NCBI GenBank assembly: GCA_050250935.1
Contig: JBFWNS010000005.1
Coordinates: 1-11,512, forward strand
From: Candidatus Margulisiibacteriota bacterium
GTDB lineage: Bacteria; Margulisbacteria; Marinamargulisbacteria; JBFWNS01
Length of the DNA: 11,512 nucleotides
Reading direction: 5' to 3'
Shown: in pieces, positions 7,135 through 11,512 of the stretch
Layout: the number at the start of each line of letters is the position of its first letter
Numbering within the stretch: position 1 is the first letter of the stretch
Translations under genes and position numbers: made by a program
Notes under the pieces: generated by a model
What the model saw: the letters and a program-made list of their open reading frames with translations, nothing else
What the model was told of the DNA's origin: nothing
Databases searched by the model: none

Positions 7135-7617
7135 CTACACTAGTCCTACTCTTGAATGCTTCCGTATAGCTGCTTGGACATGAGACATATCTAACCCCTG
7201 TTGATATGTGAAATCCATAAGATCTTCTGTGATAGCATCCTCTAGTGTTTTTGCATTGTTATGAACAGATTTAATCCGATGAAATAAGATATTTCTACTT
7301 TCTTCTACCCGCATATCATCGATATGGTGAATCATGCATTTATGGATCAGCCAATTTCTTTCTTCTAAAAAACCCTTTAGGCTCTGCTGTAGTGAATCCG
7401 AATATATCCCGGCTTCCTTAGCCGTATTTATTGCTTTGCCTAGTGTAAGGGCGTGGTACTTGGTAAAAATCTCATCAGCCTGTATTAAAAGCATACAATT
7501 TGGGGTTTTAACGTCTTTTTTCAGTGTGATTGAACGACTTAGGGCCTCTTCTAAGCGTTGGATTTGCCAAACAGCTTCGCCGATAAGGGCGTAAAGGATG
7601 GTAATGTTATTTTGCAT
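7135..7617 (-). CDS. Small all-helical protein with an RxxxxH motif, putative HEPN-superfamily RNase
   Basis: N-terminal helix IGEAVWQIQRLEEAL, TLGKAI motif and EERNWLIHK (R-N-x3-H at 7342-7359) follow the usual HEPN layout. Confidence 0.65.
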   Translation of the reverse strand: MQNNITILYALIGEAVWQIQRLEEALSRSITLKKDVKTPNCMLLIQADEIFTKYHALTLGKAINTAKEAGIYSDSLQQSLKGFLEERNWLIHKCMIHHIDDMRVEESRNILFHRIKSVHNNAKTLEDAITEDLMDFTYQQGLDMSHVQAAIRKHSRVGLV

Positions 7618-7850
7618 GTTTATTTGTGGACTTTCTTTTAATGGAGTTTGTTGTTTCGTTGAAATGATACCAGAACCCTATAAACGATATCGATGATTCT
7701 GAGAAGAATGCTATTGGCGACTAAAGAAACTCTGTTGATTTTGCAAAGCCCCTTTAAACCTCTGTAAACAAGTTTTGAATCAAGCACCCAGGCAAAGGGT
7801 TGGGCGTTATTGTTGCCAGAGGTTTAAAAGAAAATACAGGGGCGTTTTTA

Positions 7851-8093
7851 AATGAACTATACAGATTAAGAAAAATAGCTGGCATCAGTCAGGGTCGTTA
7901 GAACGGAAATCTCGGTGTATGAGGGGTATGTGTTTGTTCCGTGGGAAGGAGTTGGAAAACTCGCCGGGGAAGATGCTTATACGGGTTAAAGATGATGCTT
8001 AAAGGAATGGCAGAGGGGTTTTACGACTTGGCAGGAGAGGTTTTGGTCTTTAGCCCAGGGAATGGGTTGGGGGTAGTGATTAGAGAAGGTTAA
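7851..8093 (+). pseudogene. Possible heavily degraded XRE-family HTH gene
   Basis: The frame from 7851 reads NELYRLRKIAGISQGR*NGNLGV*GVCVCSVGRSWKT...LKMMLKGMAEGFYDLAGEV..., and a local shifted frame supplies LERKS. This resembles LxxLRxxxGLSQxxLAxxSGVS; two in-frame stops. Confidence 0.35.
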
Positions 8094-8152
8094 AAGAATA
8101 CTATTTAGAAACAACCTGTAGTTTTCAAATAGTGATGTAATAATGTGTTCCT

Positions 8153-9331
8153 ATGGATAGGCTGATTGTTAATAGTAGAGTAGACCATTTATGCAAAATA
8201 ATTGCCAATGAATTAGCCAATCGGAACCAATTTCCGGTGCTTGAATTAGCGATATTGTTAGACGGGGATACTCAAGACAATCTGGTAGCGAATTGGAAAG
8301 AACTCTTCGGACTTATCAAGGACTATATCTCAATAGGAGAAAATTTTCGGGCATTTCAGAATTGGGATCCAAAGCCGCATTGGGCAGTTTTAGCTCTCAA
8401 TTTTGGCTATATAAACGAGACCTATAATCTAGATAAAATTACTCTTTATATAGGTATAGGGCTCGTTGAAAAAAAGCGAAAAAGCTTAGATGAACACATA
8501 CAAAATCTATGTAATACTGGCCTTCTAGAAAAAATTAGGTTAAGCGTGGACGATAATTTTCTTGTTGATCTTTCTAATCCTAAATTGGAGATCAGAAGTC
8601 ACGGAGTAATTGTTAACCGAGATATTTTGGTGTATCCACACGAGTTTTTTAGACGATACTACTCTTCAAACTTTCTTGGCATGCCAGGCTTACTGAAGAA
8701 GGCACAAAAAATAGGGCTGCGGGTTTATATAAGACTCGATCCTTTTCGCTTGACATCGAGCAATCACTACCTCGAAATTTCCGAGAAAGATCATTGGTAT
8801 GGGCCGCCTTTTTCAGAAAAGATCCTAAAGGATTTGTATTCTAATACGAGGGTAGTACATCGAAGCACTGGAAAATCAAACTTAAGCTATGATGTTCAAT
8901 TTACGGTTTTTAGAACGAAGATGATGGATGCTTCCATAAGAGAATTTATGATCGAGGAATATTGCCCGATACAGCTTTTCAAAACCCAAAAATCTCCAGG
9001 TATTGGCGACGAATATTGTATACAAAAGTTTGCTCACTTTTGTTACGACCAAATACAGGATTGTTTCACACATTTGGATGGAGCTGTGAGGGTTTTCACG
9101 ACAGAGGAATATAAAAGACATTTTCAAGCTATTGAGCATGGGCAAGATGTAGAAGAAAAAATAGGGACACGCCATAAAATGTTTCTTCTTGAAGGGGCGT
9201 TTACACTAGAGCTAACTCAGGAAATTCTTACAGAGTGGTTTAGATTCAATCCGCATATAGCTGAATACTTTTCTGGAATTACTCTAGAGCCTTGGATTAG
9301 CTATGACAAAATAAATGAAATGGGAATTTAG
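8153..9331 (+). CDS. Hypothetical 392-aa protein, island cargo
   Basis: Long intact ATG-started ORF with AT-rich codon usage, soluble by inspection; no family recognised with confidence. Confidence 0.85.
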   Translation: MDRLIVNSRVDHLCKIIANELANRNQFPVLELAILLDGDTQDNLVANWKELFGLIKDYISIGENFRAFQNWDPKPHWAVLALNFGYINETYNLDKITLYIGIGLVEKKRKSLDEHIQNLCNTGLLEKIRLSVDDNFLVDLSNPKLEIRSHGVIVNRDILVYPHEFFRRYYSSNFLGMPGLLKKAQKIGLRVYIRLDPFRLTSSNHYLEISEKDHWYGPPFSEKILKDLYSNTRVVHRSTGKSNLSYDVQFTVFRTKMMDASIREFMIEEYCPIQLFKTQKSPGIGDEYCIQKFAHFCYDQIQDCFTHLDGAVRVFTTEEYKRHFQAIEHGQDVEEKIGTRHKMFLLEGAFTLELTQEILTEWFRFNPHIAEYFSGITLEPWISYDKINEMGI

Positions 9332-9366
9332 CGAAAATAAAAAATGATGGCAGCGCTAGTGCAAGT

Positions 9367-10005
9367 CTAAAAAAGCTTTTCTATCTCTTTGGTATACTGA
9401 ACAAGATTCATACTAATCTGATTAAGATCGTTTGAAAGTTCTTTAAAGTGAGGATACCTCTGTTGAATTTCTTGGGGGGACAGAAGACGGTCACTTTCCT
9501 CTAATTCCAGGTTATACCATCTTCTAAATTTGGCTTGCCAAATTGTCAGGTGAGGCCGAAGGCCCGTATTCAGTGTTTTTACAAGGAGATCGATCAATAT
9601 TTTCGAGCTCTCATGATTTTTAAATTCGGGAGGGATCGCCTTTATAAGTTCTCTTGTTTCGCCAAAAAGACGATACCAAGAATCATAAATTTCAACTATC
9701 AGATCATGTTGTAAATCAATCGGAAGGCCCGCTTTCCTTGTGGCTAATTCTGTCCAAGCCTTATGGGCAATTTCAGCAACTTCGAAGCTCTGCTTGATTT
9801 CGATTTTACCGATAGAACCGAGAGGAATATTGAGTTCAACCTTACTTGAGAACATATGGTGAACGTTTCTTTTTAAGGAAAGGGCTATCAAAATAGCTAC
9901 TAGTAGAAGAAAAGCAATAACGAAAACCATGTTGAACCTAACAACTAAATTTGCTTCATCGATTGAAATTTGAAGAAGATTAAAGTTCCCTAAGAGGTTA
10001 TTCAT
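9367..10005 (-). CDS. 212-aa protein with one N-terminal transmembrane helix and a helical soluble domain; putative effector partner of the TIR gene
   Basis: ATG at 10005 overlaps the TIR stop (ATGAATAA) and is preferred over the track's TTG at 10038. TM segment MVFVIAFLLLVAILIALSL is followed by KR. The soluble part contains WTELATRK, EIYDSWYRLF and LNTGLRPHLTIWQAKFRRWY. Confidence 0.8.
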   Translation of the reverse strand: MNNLLGNFNLLQISIDEANLVVRFNMVFVIAFLLLVAILIALSLKRNVHHMFSSKVELNIPLGSIGKIEIKQSFEVAEIAHKAWTELATRKAGLPIDLQHDLIVEIYDSWYRLFGETRELIKAIPPEFKNHESSKILIDLLVKTLNTGLRPHLTIWQAKFRRWYNLELEESDRLLSPQEIQQRYPHFKELSNDLNQISMNLVQYTKEIEKLF

Positions 10006-10681
10006 ATCCGGAGGTCTCACCATAAAGAACTTCTGCAAGAGATTTTTTCATAGTAGACCTATTCCGTTGCATTTGGGGGAGAGAGTTTTTAATAAGACCC
10101 GAGTTCTTTCGGTTGGAAAAAGCTTCTTCTATCCGTTTTGACATCTCAGTGGGATCTTCGGTCCACCGATATTGCTTTGCGTAACCACTCTCGATATTTT
10201 CAGCAAGCCTGGGTGGAATAGACTGTCGAGCAATTTCTGATAGAAGAAAATCCGGATGTGAAGGAAGAGTTAGCCCCAAGATACCTGAATAGCCGTCGAG
10301 CTTCTTATTTAAAGCCCCAGAAATTTCCCAATCAACATGTTTCCGCCCCCATGTGTTTGGCCCACATAATACAACCAAAACACTAGCGTCTAGCAGAAAA
10401 TCAGGGCCTTGAATTAAGCGTTTAATATACTCCGTACTAACATCGGTGTTTATATCTCCATTTTGAACAGATTTGTTAATAAAAAGATGTCCAAAAAGAG
10501 ATTCGAAACGATCTTTATAATATTGGTCTTCTCTATGGTAAAAGCTGATAAAAACCTTGCGTCTGACAGAGAGTCCAAGAGGAGCTAAAACGGATCCCTC
10601 AAGACCTAAACCCTTAATAGGTTTTAGGCCTCCTAAATAACTAAGCAGACTGTTTTGTGGATTAGAATTATTACCTATCAA
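9998..10681 (-). CDS. TIR-domain protein of the ThsB / MTH538 (DUF1863) type
   Basis: RRKVFISFYHRED...DASVLVVLCGPNTWGRKHVDWEISGAL...GILGLTLP...IPPRL. The putative catalytic Glu in WE is at 10325-10327 (E119). TTG start with GGAG 6 nt upstream. Confidence 0.92.
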   Translation of the reverse strand: MIGNNSNPQNSLLSYLGGLKPIKGLGLEGSVLAPLGLSVRRKVFISFYHREDQYYKDRFESLFGHLFINKSVQNGDINTDVSTEYIKRLIQGPDFLLDASVLVVLCGPNTWGRKHVDWEISGALNKKLDGYSGILGLTLPSHPDFLLSEIARQSIPPRLAENIESGYAKQYRWTEDPTEMSKRIEEAFSNRKNSGLIKNSLPQMQRNRSTMKKSLAEVLYGETSGYE

Positions 10682-10723
10682 TCTTTGCTCCGTCTCGTCA
10701 CAAGAGATAAAATCAGGACAAGA

Positions 10724-10752
10724 ATTATAGTACCAAAGTATTAAACTTATAA
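10724..10752 (-). promoter_or_regulatory. Candidate sigma70 promoter of the TIR operon
   Basis: Perfect TATAAT on the minus strand at 10724-10729, with a weak -35 (TTATAA, 10747-10752) at 17-bp spacing, about 40 nt upstream of the TTG. Confidence 0.45.
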
Positions 10753-10819
10753 TCTTCCACTAGCCAAATTTCTCATATGAAGGTCGCCTATAGCCTCCCC
10801 AGAAACCTTATGTTAAAAA

Positions 10820-10841
10820 TTTTGTTGTGAAATCAACAAAA
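10820..10841. promoter_or_regulatory. Inverted repeat TTTTGTTG-N6-CAACAAAA, candidate operator
   Basis: Perfect 8-bp arms in the divergent intergenic region, just upstream of the small ORF's RBS. Confidence 0.4.
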
Positions 10842-10858
10842 AACTTATGGAGGTGGCT

Positions 10859-11116
10859 ATGAAACTTTCAACGGTTAGGTACGAAGAATCGTTCGGGCTA
10901 GAGTTCACGGCTGAAGAACTCTACATCATTAACTGGGCGTTAAGCGATTACATGCTGTTAAAGCAATACAGCCTGACGCACCGGATCGAGGCAAGTCCCT
11001 TTGTTTCAGAAGGGCAGGTCTTAGATCGGTTAAATACTGAGAGAAGAAAAGATATCGAGAACAGTCTAAAAATTAGTGAGAACATGAAGTCCGTAATGGA
11101 ATTACTGGTCTACTAA
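10859..11116 (+). CDS. Hypothetical 85-aa protein
   Basis: The strong SD GGAGGT at 10849-10854 favours ATG 10859 over 10847. The stop lies 1 nt from the convergent HTH stop. Confidence 0.65.
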   Translation: MKLSTVRYEESFGLEFTAEELYIINWALSDYMLLKQYSLTHRIEASPFVSEGQVLDRLNTERRKDIENSLKISENMKSVMELLVY

Positions 11117-11117
11117 C

Positions 11118-11312
11118 TTAAGCTGCTTCAACCCTCTGCTCGATTGACTTTACCAATGCTGACGGTGACAGTTTCAACGTCTTAGCCAAAGCAAACACGA
11201 CCTTTAAAGTCGGATTCCGCTCCCCTCTTTCTAACAAGGACAAATACGTCCGATCCATATCAGATTCCAAAGCCAATTTTTCTTGAGATAACTTCTTTTC
11301 TGTAATCGATAC
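11118..11312 (-). pseudogene. 5'-disrupted XRE-family (HTH_3, C-protein-like) transcriptional regulator, not in the ORF track
   Basis: Hand translation gives VSITEKKLSQEKLALESDMDRTYLSLLERGERNPTLKVVFALAKTLKLSPSALVKSIEQRVEAA*, a textbook XRE HTH. An in-frame TAG at 11313-11315 precedes it, with no start codon before helix 2. An adjacent frame gives FRYRLQK (helix-1-like). Confidence 0.85.
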
Positions 11313-11329
11313 CTAAAACTTAAAAGCTT

Positions 11330-11405
11330 TGGTGCGCCGTCAGGGATTCGAACCCCGGGCCTACTGATTAAGAGTCAGCTGCTCTACCAACTGAGCTAAC
11401 GGCGC
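11330..11405 (-). tRNA. tRNA-Lys (anticodon CTT), 76 nt, CCA encoded
   Basis: Minus strand GCGCCGT TA GCTC AGTTGGTA GAGC A GCTGA CTCTTAA TCAGT AGGCC CGGGG TTCGAAT CCCTG ACGGCGC ACCA folds into a full cloverleaf. Confidence 0.98.
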
Positions 11406-11454
11406 AAAGGAAATGGACAGAACAAGAAGGACAAGCGGAAAAGAGCTTTAGCGA

Positions 11455-11504
11455 GGAATTTGGATTTACTCCAAATTCCGACCCACAAAACGAGTGGTTT
11501 TGTG
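11455..11504. repeat. Two adjacent perfect hairpins upstream of the tRNA
   Basis: GGAATTTGGA-tttac-TCCAAATTCC (11455-11479, 10-bp stem) and CACAAAAC-gagtg-GTTTTGTG (11484-11504, 8-bp stem). Confidence 0.7.
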
Positions 11505-11512
11505 ATTACAAT

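Larger units (their letters stand above)
6923..11374. mobile_element. tRNA-Lys-integrated genomic island (about 4.4 kb), integrase-less remnant with defence-like cargo
   Basis: Bounded by the tRNA 3'-half direct repeats (6923-6967 and 11330-11374). Clear shift to AT-richer sequence inside. Cargo includes TIR, HEPN-like and XRE-HTH sequences. No tyrosine or serine recombinase ORF seen. Confidence 0.88.

Noticed and set aside
7735..7843. Retron msr-msd or CRISPR array
   Set aside because: There is no reverse transcriptase or cas gene in the window and no regularly spaced direct repeats anywhere.
7334..9175. ORFs 7334..7594 (+) and 8882..9175 (-)
   Set aside because: Antisense shadows of the HEPN-like and 392-aa genes.
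9332..9366. Bidirectional terminator between the convergent 392-aa and TM genes
   Set aside because: No convincing GC-rich stem with a U-tract in the 35-bp gap.
9367..10681. Canonical Thoeris thsA-thsB call
   Set aside because: The partner shows no SIR2, SLOG, Macro or caspase motifs that I can see, so no ths gene symbols were assigned.
6968..11329. Integrase or transposase within the island
   Set aside because: No ORF shows the tyrosine-recombinase R...HxxR...Y, serine-recombinase or DDE signatures, and the non-coding gaps I translated by hand gave only HTH-like remnants.
1..11512. Taxonomic assignment of the host
   Set aside because: No marker gene in the window allows a supported call without a database search.

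Overview
The window has two compartments. Left (1-6922) is GC-richer host-like DNA: the 3' end of an Ig-like-domain protein, two translationally coupled tandem-receiver response regulators that share an unrecognised repeated helical '...AFFP' module, a 615-aa protein with a GT-B-like C-terminal motif, ygiD (extradiol dioxygenase), an ADP-ribosyltransferase-like orphan, a MAPEG membrane protein and a small orphan. Right (6923-11405) is a visibly more AT-rich ~4.4 kb island integrated at the anticodon loop of a tRNA-Lys(CTT) gene (11330-11405, minus strand). The displaced 3' half of the tRNA lies at 6923-6967 and differs from the intact copy mostly by structure-preserving changes. No integrase is visible in the island, which carries one clear and one doubtful broken XRE-HTH gene. 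Its apparently intact cargo looks like anti-phage defence: a ThsB/MTH538-like TIR gene coupled to a single-TM helical protein that does not resemble the ThsA types I know (candidate non-canonical Thoeris-like system), a small RxxxxH (HEPN-like) protein and a 392-aa protein of unknown function. All family calls come from reading motifs by eye; no database search was run.
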